Source: Anaerolineae bacterium
Lineage (GTDB): Bacteria; Chloroflexota; Anaerolineae; 4572-78; J111
Direction of reading: 5' to 3'
Length of the DNA stretch: 64,000 bases
Assembly: GCA_016926805.1 (NCBI GenBank)
Contig: JAFGNV010000181.1
Span: forward strand, 14,492 to 78,491
Under the pieces are notes generated by a model that ran no database searches, had not been told where the DNA came from, and was given only the letters and a program-made list of their open reading frames with translations. Position numbers and translations under genes: made by a program. Position 1 is the first letter of the stretch. Each line of letters starts with the position of its first letter. Below are positions 30,965 through 41,131 of the stretch, piece by piece.

Positions 30965-31420
30965 GTGTACAAGTTGGATGAACTGGATAAACAGATTTTG
31001 ATGATCTTGCAGGAGGATGGTCGGGCCTCGCACGTGAACATTGCCAAACGATTGGGGGTGGGACATACCCGGGTGCGCGATCGCATTTTACGGATGGAGG
31101 AGGCTGGGGTCATCACCGGCTATCGAGCCGTCATTGACCCGGCCAAGTTGGGGCAAGGGGTGCTTTGTATTGTTCAACTCAAAGCGGATCAGCAGTTTGA
31201 TTTTGATGAATTTGTTGAGCAGATTCTTGAGATTGACGAGGTGGTCGATGTGGCCAATCTCACCGGGGAGGTTGACGCCCACATCCGGCTCTGGACCCGG
31301 GACGTGAGTCATTTGCGTGACATTTTATATAACAAGTTGAGCGTGCTGCCGGCCCATCAGAGCACCAATTCAACAATTGTGCTTAAGCATTGGTGGAAAC
31401 CGTTGGGGTTGGACGTGTAG
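30965..31420 (+). CDS. Lrp/AsnC family transcriptional regulator
   Basis: LDELDKQILMILQEDGRASHVNIAKRLGVGHTRVRDRILRMEEAGVITGY (HTH) plus a C-terminal RAM domain. GTG start. Confidence 0.85.
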   Translation: MYKLDELDKQILMILQEDGRASHVNIAKRLGVGHTRVRDRILRMEEAGVITGYRAVIDPAKLGQGVLCIVQLKADQQFDFDEFVEQILEIDEVVDVANLTGEVDAHIRLWTRDVSHLRDILYNKLSVLPAHQSTNSTIVLKHWWKPLGLDV

Positions 31421-32597
31421 CTTGTTCATAAATTCGACGGGCAATTGCCAGCGCCGCCTCTGGGCGAGCCAAATTTGCGGCGTTTTCCGCCATTTGGGCC
31501 AGATCGGAATGACCCGGTTGGAGCCACTCGAGCAAAAGGTCGGCAATTTGCTCCGGTTCCGGCGCGTAAGCGCCTGCGTTGTGTTCAACCACGTAGTGGA
31601 CGTTGCTTTCCTCCTGACCCGGAATATAATCAAAAATAATAAGGGGTAATTTGGCCACAAAGGCCTCGCTGATACTACCCGGCCCGGCTTTGGTGATGAA
31701 GATGTCGGCGGCCCCCATCAGTTCGGGCATATTGTCGACAAAACCAAAAATCGTGGTGGTAATTTCCCACCGGACTGTTTCCAATTTTCTTCGTAATAAT
31801 TTGTTGCGTCCGGCCACAATCATGAGTTGCGCCTGAGTCACCCGCCGGGCAATACACCGGGCAATGTCAAAGACCGGGCCATATCCCTCACCGCCCCCCA
31901 CCAATAACACCACGGGTCGGTTTGGATCCAAACCCAACTTGCGTCGCAAATGGACTTTTTCGCCGATTCCGGCGGCAAATTTGAGGGCAACCGGTTGTCC
32001 CACCACTTCCACTTTTTCGGTGGCAATACCATAGCCAATAGCCTGCTGGCGGGTCGGTTCGGTTGAAACCAGGCAGAGCGTGGTTTGGGGATGATACCAG
32101 GTGTGATAACCACAAACCATATCGGTAACCACGGTAATAAAGGGGATGTCGAGTCTGGCCCGGCGCAGTGCCATCAACGGCAACAGGGTAATGAGTGGAT
32201 GGACCGAAACGATAACGTCTGGTTTTTGTGCTCTAAAAAGCCTTAATAGACCCGGCGCAACCAGGGGATAGAGCAATTTGAGACACGTGTCAATTATCTT
32301 GGGTTCATTTTCCAGCAGCCAAAAACCTTTCCACACCCATAAGGCTTTATTGACAATCCAGCCATAGGCGGCTCCCAGCCGGTTGATTGGCCAGGCGATG
32401 TGATTCCGCCAGGCATCGACAATGGTAACCGCAACCGTATCATGGTAAAGATAGATCAGGGCTTCCCGAATTGCCTCTGCCGCGGCCCGGTGCCCTCCGC
32501 CGGTATCGGACATCAAAATAAGGATGCGTTTGGTTTCACTCATGGTTGTCGGGTTTGGCTGAAGATTGATCTTCATTGATCCTATCAACGTGTTCAT
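31383..32597 (-). CDS. MGDG-synthase-like (GT28 family) glycolipid glycosyltransferase
   Basis: [19 protein letters not shown] is the N-terminal hallmark. C-terminal GT-B motif [12 protein letters not shown]. Confidence 0.8.
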   Translation of the reverse strand: MNTLIGSMKINLQPNPTTMSETKRILILMSDTGGGHRAAAEAIREALIYLYHDTVAVTIVDAWRNHIAWPINRLGAAYGWIVNKALWVWKGFWLLENEPKIIDTCLKLLYPLVAPGLLRLFRAQKPDVIVSVHPLITLLPLMALRRARLDIPFITVVTDMVCGYHTWYHPQTTLCLVSTEPTRQQAIGYGIATEKVEVVGQPVALKFAAGIGEKVHLRRKLGLDPNRPVVLLVGGGEGYGPVFDIARCIARRVTQAQLMIVAGRNKLLRRKLETVRWEITTTIFGFVDNMPELMGAADIFITKAGPGSISEAFVAKLPLIIFDYIPGQEESNVHYVVEHNAGAYAPEPEQIADLLLEWLQPGHSDLAQMAENAANLARPEAALAIARRIYEQATRPTPTVSTNA

Positions 32598-32818
32598 AGG
32601 GTAGGCAACGGGGGCGTTTTTGGGCCTCGTTCCAGAAAAATTTTCACCTGTTTGATGAATTTGCCCCGTGGAATCAGTACCTTATGGCGGCAGGTCAGGC
32701 ACACCAAGCCGATGTCTGTCCCCAGACGAACTACCTTCCAGTCGGTGCCGCCGCAGGGATGGGGCTTGCGCATGCGCACAATATCATCCAGACGAATATC
32801 AGTTGGATCGATGTTCAC
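32594..32818 (-). CDS. DUF951-family small protein
   Basis: [38 protein letters not shown] (Cys-4 pattern). Its stop overlaps the GT28 start (ATGA). Confidence 0.6.
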   Translation of the reverse strand: MNIDPTDIRLDDIVRMRKPHPCGGTDWKVVRLGTDIGLVCLTCRHKVLIPRGKFIKQVKIFLERGPKTPPLPTL

Positions 32819-32856
32819 TGCTCAATACTCAATTATGAATCCGAGTTCGGAAAAAG

Positions 32857-32921
32857 GTGACAGTCACTTCAGATGCCGATAAATTATACCATTTTTGCCC
32901 ATTATCAAAAGTGACCGTCAC
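32857..32921 (-). promoter_or_regulatory. Extended -10 promoter flanked by two copies of an 11-bp palindrome GTGAC-N-GTCAC
   Basis: GTGACAGTCAC at 32857-32867 and GTGACCGTCAC at 32911-32921, centres 54 bp apart. On the minus strand TGGTATAAT places the -10 at 32888-32883, between them. This lies upstream of the DUF951-GT28 pair. Confidence 0.45.
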
Positions 32922-33611
32922 CTACGAATTGATGATGGGTTTTAAGCCAAGTTTTCCTCGCAGTTTATTCAGCGTGGAAAAGAGATGGATCCAGGCCGGG
33001 CTGAGGCTACCGTGAATAGTGGCGTGAACCAATCCGGCCCGGAATTCGTCGGCGGTGTCAAACGGCGGGATTTCCACATAAGCTGCGCCAATTTCCATAG
33101 CGGTGTGAGCGTCGCTCCCGGCGGTCATCGGCAGGTTGTGGGTGAGGGCAAACGTTCTGGCCTTTTTGTTATCTTGAGCCCGAATGGTGCGTGCGTTAAA
33201 GGTTTCGATGGCATCGAGGTGGGGGATCAGGGTGGTGAGCAGACGCTCAGGCCAGGGATGGCGATGACGGTCAAAAGGATGCGACACATTGATCACCGCG
33301 CCCTGGTCGGCCAGCCGGGCCAGCGTTTCTTCCGGCGACAACAAGGGTGGTATCCACTTGCGCACAAAAAAGGCCAGGATTTCGCTGCCGACGTTGGTCA
33401 TTATTTCTTCGCCGACTATCACCAGATCAGGATCGATTTTTTGGGCCACCCGCGCGCCGTCAAGTGAGTTGTGATCGGTGATGCAGATCCGATCCAGTCC
33501 TTTACGCCGGGCTATCTTGACCACATCCGCCGGATGCAATGCGCCGTCTTCAGAAACGCAGGTGTGGAGGTGCAAGTCGATTTTGATGGTGAACTTATCC
33601 GGTTTGCTCAT
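32922..33611 (-). CDS. PHP-domain metal-dependent phosphoesterase
   Basis: IDLHLHTCVSEDG, ICITDHNS and GSDAHT motifs. Confidence 0.8.
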   Translation of the reverse strand: MSKPDKFTIKIDLHLHTCVSEDGALHPADVVKIARRKGLDRICITDHNSLDGARVAQKIDPDLVIVGEEIMTNVGSEILAFFVRKWIPPLLSPEETLARLADQGAVINVSHPFDRHRHPWPERLLTTLIPHLDAIETFNARTIRAQDNKKARTFALTHNLPMTAGSDAHTAMEIGAAYVEIPPFDTADEFRAGLVHATIHGSLSPAWIHLFSTLNKLRGKLGLKPIINS

Positions 33612-33764
33612 TCCCTAACTCTTTCAGGAAGAGAATTATATCAGAGGAAGGCGGTTGGGGCAACGGGCCGGTGTTGCGTATTAGGTATGAGGTGAGTACA
33701 ATTTATTTTTCGCTCTAAAATTTTACAGGATTTTAATATTATTTTGCCAGGGACGGCCAAACCG

Positions 33765-34019
33765 ATGAACACAGAATTCTTTGATGACCCCATTAGAGTA
33801 ACTTGCTCTCTTGACGAGCAAGGAGATACCAATCTGCAGCATCTCACCTGGAGGGGGATTCACTACCCCATTGTGGCTGTGGGTCGCCAGTGGGACGATG
33901 GCGATGGCCGCCACGTGATGGCCGAAGCCGCGGACTTTACGCGCTTTGAATTGCTTTTGTCTCGCGATGACTTGATTTGGCGGGTTAAAAAAGTGTGGCG
34001 CAGTTTGGCTGTGGCCTGA
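33765..34019 (+). CDS. Hypothetical 84-aa protein
   Basis: ATG 33765 lies within track ORF 33744-34019. Composition is plausibly coding; no motif recognised. Confidence 0.3.
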   Translation: MNTEFFDDPIRVTCSLDEQGDTNLQHLTWRGIHYPIVAVGRQWDDGDGRHVMAEAADFTRFELLLSRDDLIWRVKKVWRSLAVA

Positions 34020-34352
34020 TTGTCCGGTTCTTGCCAGTGGACCAGGGTTTTGAGACCATTGGCCACTTGACTTTTTGAAATGCTATAGTAAACTTGCTTT
34101 GTACGCCTTGAGTAAAGTGTTGATAAGCCAAACAGGAGCATTTTAGATGGCCACTTTCATTCGCAGACTCAGAATCGCACGGTAGTCCTGAAAGCTTGAC
34201 GGATTCCTCGGTAAAGAGCTGCTTTTGAGAAAATATTGAAGTTGTAAAAACCTGTTCGTCTCTTCAGGACTATGGCTATCCTCTGGATAGCTTGAGTGTT
34301 TGACTTGGGTTCCTTTTTATTGTCCGGGAGAGCGGCAGGCTGACGACTGGCC

Positions 34353-34379
34353 AAAACCATCCGATCTCGGGGTTTTTTT
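34353..34379 (+). terminator. Terminator-like hairpin 1
   Basis: AAAACC-at-CCGA-tc-TCGG-GGTTTT followed by TTT. Confidence 0.4.
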
Positions 34380-34385
34380 ATCCTC

Positions 34386-34416
34386 GGCCACGGTAGAAAG
34401 GAACCGTGGCCTTTTT
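34386..34416 (+). terminator. Terminator-like hairpin 2
   Basis: GGCCACGG-tagaaaggaa-CCGTGGCC followed by TTTTT. It sits 30 nt upstream of the methyltransferase ATG (34446; AGGAG at 34434-34438). Confidence 0.5.
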
Positions 34417-34445
34417 GATTCAATCTCGACCATAGGAGTTGATCC

Positions 34446-35264
34446 ATGCCTAAAAATCGTCGCAAACAATTCAACAAATCGCTGCCTCGAACCAGTTGGG
34501 ACCCGGTAGCCGACTGGTATGCCGGTTGGGTGGGTCGGGACGGCAGCCAACACCATCGCAAACTGGCCATCCCGGTGGTGCTCCAAATGCTGAACCTTCA
34601 GCCAGGGACAAAGGTTTTGGAAATAGGAGCCGGTCATGGTGTGCTGGCGCCACATATTGTTAAAGCCGGGGCCGAATATACCGGTGTCGATGTCAGCGAA
34701 AAACTGCTGCGCCTGGCGCGCCGGTATCATGGCAACCAGGGGAGATTTATCCTGGGCGATGCATGCCGGTTGTCTACCCTGCCCCAACTCCATCCCGCGG
34801 AATTTGATGCGGTGGTGTTTATGCTCAGTTTGCAGGATATGGAGTCGCTGCAACCGGTTTTGCGCTCGGCCAGTTGGGCGTTAAAATACGGCGGGTGTAT
34901 TGTGCTGCTGCTGACCCATCCCTGTTTTCGCGTGCCCCGGCAGAGCGGCTGGGGATGGGATGAAAAACGCAAGCTCCAGTATCGCCGGGTTGACTGTTAT
35001 TTAACCTGTCTGCGCGTGCCGATGCACGCTTATCCGGGCAAACAGACAGGAGTCACGCTTAGTTTCCATCGCCCCTTGAGCGAATACATCAATTGCCTGG
35101 CCGCATGCGGGTTGCTGTTAGAACAGATGAAGGAAATCCCTACGTACAAAGTTCACGCGACTGAAGCCAACGTTAAAACCAAAAATTTGGCCAGTCAAGA
35201 GATTCCGCTCTTCCTGGGGTTGCGCGCGAGGAAAGTGGAACCGTCGATCTATGGAGATAAATGA
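34446..35264 (+). CDS. Class I SAM-dependent methyltransferase
   Basis: Motif I VLEIGAGHGVLA; acidic post-I residue in YTGVDVS; motif II-like AVVFMLSLQD. Confidence 0.8.
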   Translation: MPKNRRKQFNKSLPRTSWDPVADWYAGWVGRDGSQHHRKLAIPVVLQMLNLQPGTKVLEIGAGHGVLAPHIVKAGAEYTGVDVSEKLLRLARRYHGNQGRFILGDACRLSTLPQLHPAEFDAVVFMLSLQDMESLQPVLRSASWALKYGGCIVLLLTHPCFRVPRQSGWGWDEKRKLQYRRVDCYLTCLRVPMHAYPGKQTGVTLSFHRPLSEYINCLAACGLLLEQMKEIPTYKVHATEANVKTKNLASQEIPLFLGLRARKVEPSIYGDK

Positions 35265-36781
35265 GGCACAATAAACCAAAAAGGGCTGACCAGGGCCAGC
35301 AAAGCCAGCGCCGCGTAACAGGCGGTCATCAGCCAGGCCGTAGGGATTAATCTATATCGGGCGGACAGTAACGCCCGTCCTATCGCCAATAGCAGAGCCA
35401 GACCGGTCATCAAGACCGCCCATTTGTCCAGATCACCCTTAAAGAGCGAGGCAGCGATGACCCAGGCAAAGGCTATGCCTAAGCCAGTTGCCAGCCACCA
35501 CTTCCAACGCAGTGATAAAGCTTCGTGTAGTCCAAGAGTGAAAAAAATTCCAAGCGGAATCAGAGCCGGAAAGAGGTAACGACTTTGAAATTGAACAAAG
35601 GCCGCGTTGTATCCAAGATAGACCAGGGCCATCAAACTGATGGTTATTGCCATCAGAGCCAGAGCGTGGCGTTGGTAAATTGATAGCTTGTCCTCCGGGG
35701 CGACTACTCCCGGTGAGCGCATAGTCCACCAGAAGCCAACCAAACCGCCGAGCGCCATCAGGGACAGCAGGGTTAATAACCAATAGCTCCGCCCATCCAT
35801 CGGTACGGCCATCCAGCCGAATTGGCCCCAAAAGCTGTGAAACGTGGTGCTGATAAAATCGCCGAGATAGGCCAGCCAGCCGACTTCGGCCAGATAGTCC
35901 ACCGTCCGCAGTTGCCCGACTACAATTTGGCTGTGTCGTTTCAGCCCCAGAATATCCAAATTGCCGTAAATGGCGGCATTGCGAACGAACCAGGGCAAGA
36001 TAATCAAGAGGGCCACGCCAAAAATGGTGGCTGCCTGGTGGGCCAACTTGCGCCAATCCCTTACCGTGCCGCCATGTTCTGACGTTTCTTTAGCCGACGT
36101 CCACCACAATACAATCGCCACCAACGGAACGGCGATGTAAATGGTCGTTTTGGTGCCCAAGCCCAGGCCCAACAATATCCCCAGGGACCAGTCATTGTCG
36201 AAATATCGCCGGGTTTGGTCATTGGCGGGAGACTGGATAAGGCGCTGGACCAAAATAAAGAGGATAGCTGCCAGGATGAGTTCGGCCAGAACGTCGTTGT
36301 TGATGGAAGACAGGATGGTCAGGTGCATCGGGACAAAGGCCACCAGGGCCATGGTGCCGTAGGCCATCGCTGGCCTCGCCGGAAAAATGGTTCGGCCAAT
36401 GAAAAAAGCCAATACGACCACCCCACCGCCCAACAAGGCCATCGACAGGAAACGCAATACCGGTAAAGAACCGCCGGTGAGGACAAAAACAGGCATTCCC
36501 AGCAGATAATACAACGGCGGTTGGTGGAATTCGTAACAGATGTTGTTAATCGACATATCCGGCGGAAAACGGCGCGAGGTCAGTTGGTTCAAATATGTCT
36601 GGTTGTAACAGTTTGCTTTTAGTTGGGGGAAGCCGGTTTTGGTAGCCAACGCACGAACATAATTATAGTGCGCCGGTTCGTCGGGGGCTTGCCAGGCCGG
36701 GGTCAGGAAGGCATACAATCCCCCGGCAACCAGGTAGACCGTCAGAATAAGGATAAATAAGGGGGAGCGCGCACCGGCCAT
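35249..36781 (-). CDS. GT-C fold (PMT_2/ArnT-like) polytopic membrane glycosyltransferase
   Basis: About 12 hydrophobic segments. First-loop acidic motif WQAPDEPAHYNYV. No large C-terminal domain, unlike the 44-56 kb paralogs. Confidence 0.65.
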   Translation of the reverse strand: MAGARSPLFILILTVYLVAGGLYAFLTPAWQAPDEPAHYNYVRALATKTGFPQLKANCYNQTYLNQLTSRRFPPDMSINNICYEFHQPPLYYLLGMPVFVLTGGSLPVLRFLSMALLGGGVVVLAFFIGRTIFPARPAMAYGTMALVAFVPMHLTILSSINNDVLAELILAAILFILVQRLIQSPANDQTRRYFDNDWSLGILLGLGLGTKTTIYIAVPLVAIVLWWTSAKETSEHGGTVRDWRKLAHQAATIFGVALLIILPWFVRNAAIYGNLDILGLKRHSQIVVGQLRTVDYLAEVGWLAYLGDFISTTFHSFWGQFGWMAVPMDGRSYWLLTLLSLMALGGLVGFWWTMRSPGVVAPEDKLSIYQRHALALMAITISLMALVYLGYNAAFVQFQSRYLFPALIPLGIFFTLGLHEALSLRWKWWLATGLGIAFAWVIAASLFKGDLDKWAVLMTGLALLLAIGRALLSARYRLIPTAWLMTACYAALALLALVSPFWFIVPHLSP

Positions 36782-36864
36782 AGTGGGTCGATTATAATCC
36801 GGTCAATCGGGGGAGGCAAAAGACCTTGGAGGTTTTGCCGGTTTCCGAGGCTTGCATTCGATGA

Positions 36865-38049
<1,185 letters not shown>

Positions 38050-38075
38050 CAGGGTAACCTCCTATCTTAAAAATG

Positions 38076-38104
38076 AGTATAACATTTTTTGCCAAGAGCG
38101 ACAA
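38076..38104 (-). promoter_or_regulatory. Sigma70-type promoter candidate for kbl
   Basis: Minus strand reads TTGTCG (38104-38099), 17-nt spacer, TATACT (38081-38076) with a TGT extended -10. Confidence 0.4.
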
Positions 38105-38206
38105 GGAACAACCTTGCAGAGTAAGGATTTTCGTTACGCTACCCTGAGAAGTCGTCTGGAACGCTATTTGAGATAGGATTAAGGGCATTGGTTGGCTCTG
38201 TTCAAC

Positions 38207-38238
38207 AAAAAAGGACGCCCATATTGGCGTCCTTTTTT
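38207..38238 (-). terminator. Rho-independent terminator of the cyclase gene (symmetric A/T flanks)
   Basis: AAAAAAGGACGCC-catatt-GGCGTCCTTTTTT, 22 nt downstream of the stop at 38260. Confidence 0.65.
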
Positions 38239-38259
38239 GTTTCTTTTTAGCAGTGGCTG

Positions 38260-40737
38260 TTACACGGAACGCAGTTCATACATATTTACCGACTGTTCCC
38301 GGCCTTTCACTTTTATCTCTTGATAAAAGATGGCGTTAATTGAGTCTTTGGTCGCCTCATACACGGCCTGACTCATTAATATTTTGCCGCCGGGTGTGTT
38401 TTCTTGAATGCGTTTGGCCAGGTTGACGGTGTCGCCAATGGCGGTGTAGTCCATCCGGTCCGACATCCCCACGTTACCAACAACGGCCTCGCCTACGTGT
38501 AGGCCCACGCCAAAACTCAACCCTCGTTCTTCACCGATGCTATGGTGGTAATCCTTGATGGCACGTTGCATGGCTGCGGCCGCCCGCACGGCTCGTAAAA
38601 CGTGATCCTCTTGGGTCAATGGGGCGTTAAAAATACCCATTACGGCATCACCCATAAATTTGTCCAACGTACCTTCGTACATCAGAATTGCGGCGGCGGC
38701 CATCGAGAGATATTGGTTTAATACATCAACCAGTTGTTCGGGATCCAATTTCTCGCTGTAAGTGGTGAAACCACGAATATCGGCAAAGAGAACGGTGATG
38801 ATCTGACGTTGCCCCCCCAATTTCAATTCTGAGGGGTCTGAGGGCAATCGATCAACCACCGCCGGCGATACATAACAGCGGAACATATCTTGCACAGCCC
38901 GCAGCCGTTTGGTTTCGGTCAAATCGTCCACCACAATGGTCACACCCTGGGTTTGATTTTGGGCGTCTTTAAGTGGGGCCAGGCTCATGCTGAGGGCAAC
39001 TTGCCCCCGTTCCGGTAGCTTCGAGGAAATTTCATAGTCGATGTAATGGTCTTCCCGGCGGGCGACGTTTTCAATGAGGTTAGGCAAAATAGTGCTGGCC
39101 AGAGCCGGAAACACCTCCCGGTAAGGATAGCCGATGCAATGTTCGGCAGACAACGCCAAAATCGACTCGGCGGCGCGGTTGAACAGGGTAATTTTTCCGG
39201 CAACGTCGGTGGTAATCACGCCGTCGTCAATGCTATCGAAAACGTTATTCATCAGATTCTTCATCCGGGTAGTTTGTTCCAGATTGCGCTGCAGCCGGTC
39301 AAACAGGGTTGCGTTTTCCAGAGCCAGGGCGGTTTGCTCGGCCAGCGTTTTGAGTAAGCGGATGTCTTCGACACTGAAGGGTCGTCCCGATTTTTTGAGG
39401 CCGACAGCCAACAAACCGATGAGTTGTTCTTTTTTCAGAATAGGAATAAATAGTTCGGCATTGAGAGCTTTGAGAACCTTGCGTTCGTCTTCCGGCACTT
39501 TCTTGAATTGAGGCGAGATGTCAATAGTGTACTGGGCCAGTTCCTGTCGTTCGCCTACCAATCGGTCGGTAATGGGGGTGTTTTTGGTTAAGGTGATGTG
39601 TTTGGGGAGGCCATTACTCCCAAACGGAGGAACCGAGCGCAGCATGAAGTATTCGCCGGTCTCTGCCTCCAAGATGAACAAGACCCCTTGTTTAACCCCA
39701 AGGGCCTGGGCAATATGGGTCAAGGCCACATTAGTTAGCTCATTAAGATAGAGAATGTTGCTGATGGCGTGACTGTAATGGTGGATGACCATCTGGTAAT
39801 CGTATCGCCGGCCAAAGAGAACCCGGTTGGCGGCACTCACACTGATGCGGCGGATAGGACCGTAAACAATGGTCAGCAGCACCGCCGTTATGGCCGCGAC
39901 CGATAGGGTGCGGTCGAAAAAGCGGCCGAAGAATGTGGAGGCCAGGTAATTGCCCAAGAAAATGTTAACCAGGTATATTCCGGCAATGTAGACCGCTACG
40001 GTGACCAGAGCCACAATAAGCGCTCTGGCCAGGCGACGTATCCCGGTAGCCAAATCAATCAGATCTTCGACAGAAACGATGTAAGTGGTCAACACGCCGC
40101 CCAACCCGGTCACAATCAGGCCCGTGGTCCAGAAAGGTTCCACCAACGAAAGGTACAAACCGTAGCCAATAGTCAGCAACCCAATCGAGATGAATAAAAA
40201 CTGGATTCTATTTTTATGAGCGGGGCTTTGGGCCTTGAAAAACTGAACTTCGGTGGTGATGGCGGCGATGACCATAAACACGCTCCACCAGATTATGCCC
40301 AGCACAAACGATAGGTTGGCGGGGGTAATCCAACCGAAACTCCAGCCCAGAATTTGAGGGGGAATAACCAGCAAACCTGCATCCAGGCTTATCATAACAG
40401 CCAGGCCAACAATGCCAATGAGCCAGCCCCACCAGGCCAGTCCCGGCCGCTGCAGAAACACGCGCGCAAAAACCCAATACACCAAGCCCAGGACTACCAA
40501 ACCATAAGATGCCAACTGGACCCAACTCAAGTTAGTTGCCAGGGGAATGTTGATGACGGCAGCAATTAAATTGACATTCCAGAGGATACCCAGAAACAGG
40601 TAAAGGCCAAACAGACGGCCCAAAATGTCGTTGAACTTGCGTCGCCAGAACAAATAAAGGCAAAGGATCAGGTAAACCAGGGTAATACCAAAAGGGGTAG
40701 CCGTTTGGCTGGATAGCAGGATCGACTCGGTCAACAC
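38260..40737 (-). CDS. Membrane-bound class III adenylate cyclase (multi-TM - GAF - PAS - CHD)
   Basis: About 8 N-terminal TM segments. CHD motifs: VLFADIRGFT, KFMGDAVMGIFNAP, GLHVGEAVVGNVG, TAIGDTVNLAKRI. The K...D specificity pair indicates ATP. GTG start. Confidence 0.85.
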   Translation of the reverse strand: MLTESILLSSQTATPFGITLVYLILCLYLFWRRKFNDILGRLFGLYLFLGILWNVNLIAAVINIPLATNLSWVQLASYGLVVLGLVYWVFARVFLQRPGLAWWGWLIGIVGLAVMISLDAGLLVIPPQILGWSFGWITPANLSFVLGIIWWSVFMVIAAITTEVQFFKAQSPAHKNRIQFLFISIGLLTIGYGLYLSLVEPFWTTGLIVTGLGGVLTTYIVSVEDLIDLATGIRRLARALIVALVTVAVYIAGIYLVNIFLGNYLASTFFGRFFDRTLSVAAITAVLLTIVYGPIRRISVSAANRVLFGRRYDYQMVIHHYSHAISNILYLNELTNVALTHIAQALGVKQGVLFILEAETGEYFMLRSVPPFGSNGLPKHITLTKNTPITDRLVGERQELAQYTIDISPQFKKVPEDERKVLKALNAELFIPILKKEQLIGLLAVGLKKSGRPFSVEDIRLLKTLAEQTALALENATLFDRLQRNLEQTTRMKNLMNNVFDSIDDGVITTDVAGKITLFNRAAESILALSAEHCIGYPYREVFPALASTILPNLIENVARREDHYIDYEISSKLPERGQVALSMSLAPLKDAQNQTQGVTIVVDDLTETKRLRAVQDMFRCYVSPAVVDRLPSDPSELKLGGQRQIITVLFADIRGFTTYSEKLDPEQLVDVLNQYLSMAAAAILMYEGTLDKFMGDAVMGIFNAPLTQEDHVLRAVRAAAAMQRAIKDYHHSIGEERGLSFGVGLHVGEAVVGNVGMSDRMDYTAIGDTVNLAKRIQENTPGGKILMSQAVYEATKDSINAIFYQEIKVKGREQSVNMYELRSV

Positions 40738-40770
40738 GGTTTTCCTCTTTGTCGCTTATTAATGTTCAGT

Positions 40771-40814
40771 GAAAATACTGATTTGATACCAAGAAAATAC
40801 TGATCTAATACCAA
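40771..40814. repeat. 22-bp tandem direct repeat x2 in the cyclase upstream region
   Basis: GAAAATACTGATTTGATACCAA followed by GAAAATACTGATCTAATACCAA (20/22 identical), 34-77 nt upstream of the GTG at 40737. Confidence 0.7.
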
Positions 40815-41065
40815 GTTTATCATGGAAATTACGCATGGTTGGTTACAATGTAGTTACAAGTTTGATGATTTCGACGTTTAAATTGGAGCAAAGTCTCGAC
40901 CTTGCTCTCAACCAATTCTAATTGAAAACAATGTGAACTCAATGTGAAATAAGTTAGAAAAAAATTAATAATTGTTAGCCGGATGTTTTTTCTGAGAAGA
41001 TCATCATCAGCGGCAGGGAGCAATCCGTGGAGGGACGGGCATCACCATTGGCCCCTTGATAGGAT

Positions 41066-41111
41066 GAGACTTTAGCCGGCCTTGTTGTCTCAGGTTTCCG
41101 GCCAAAGTCTC
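41066..41111. repeat. 14-bp inverted repeat (1 mismatch) with 18-nt loop
   Basis: GAGACTTTAGCCGG...CCGGCCAAAGTCTC, 21 nt downstream of the isomerase stop. No U-tract. Confidence 0.5.
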
Positions 41112-41131
41112 GAAGTTTACCTGGCAATGTT

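Noticed and set aside
31077-31084. HIP1 (GCGATCGC) as a sign of cyanobacterial origin, given the STRR-like heptamers and many pentapeptide proteins
   Set aside because: I found only this one full HIP1 site in 64 kb, which is far too few for a HIP1-rich cyanobacterium. No photosynthesis genes are present.
33863-34141. 92-aa minus-strand ORF in the non-coding gap
   Set aside because: It overlaps the 3' end of the plus-strand ORF 33765-34019. It has no ribosome-binding site and a K/S/R-rich low-complexity sequence. I treated the region as non-coding instead.
40829-41023. 64-aa ORF in the AT-rich region upstream of the cyclase
   Set aside because: AT-rich DNA yields an I/L/F/N-rich ORF by chance. 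It has no RBS and no recognisable motif.
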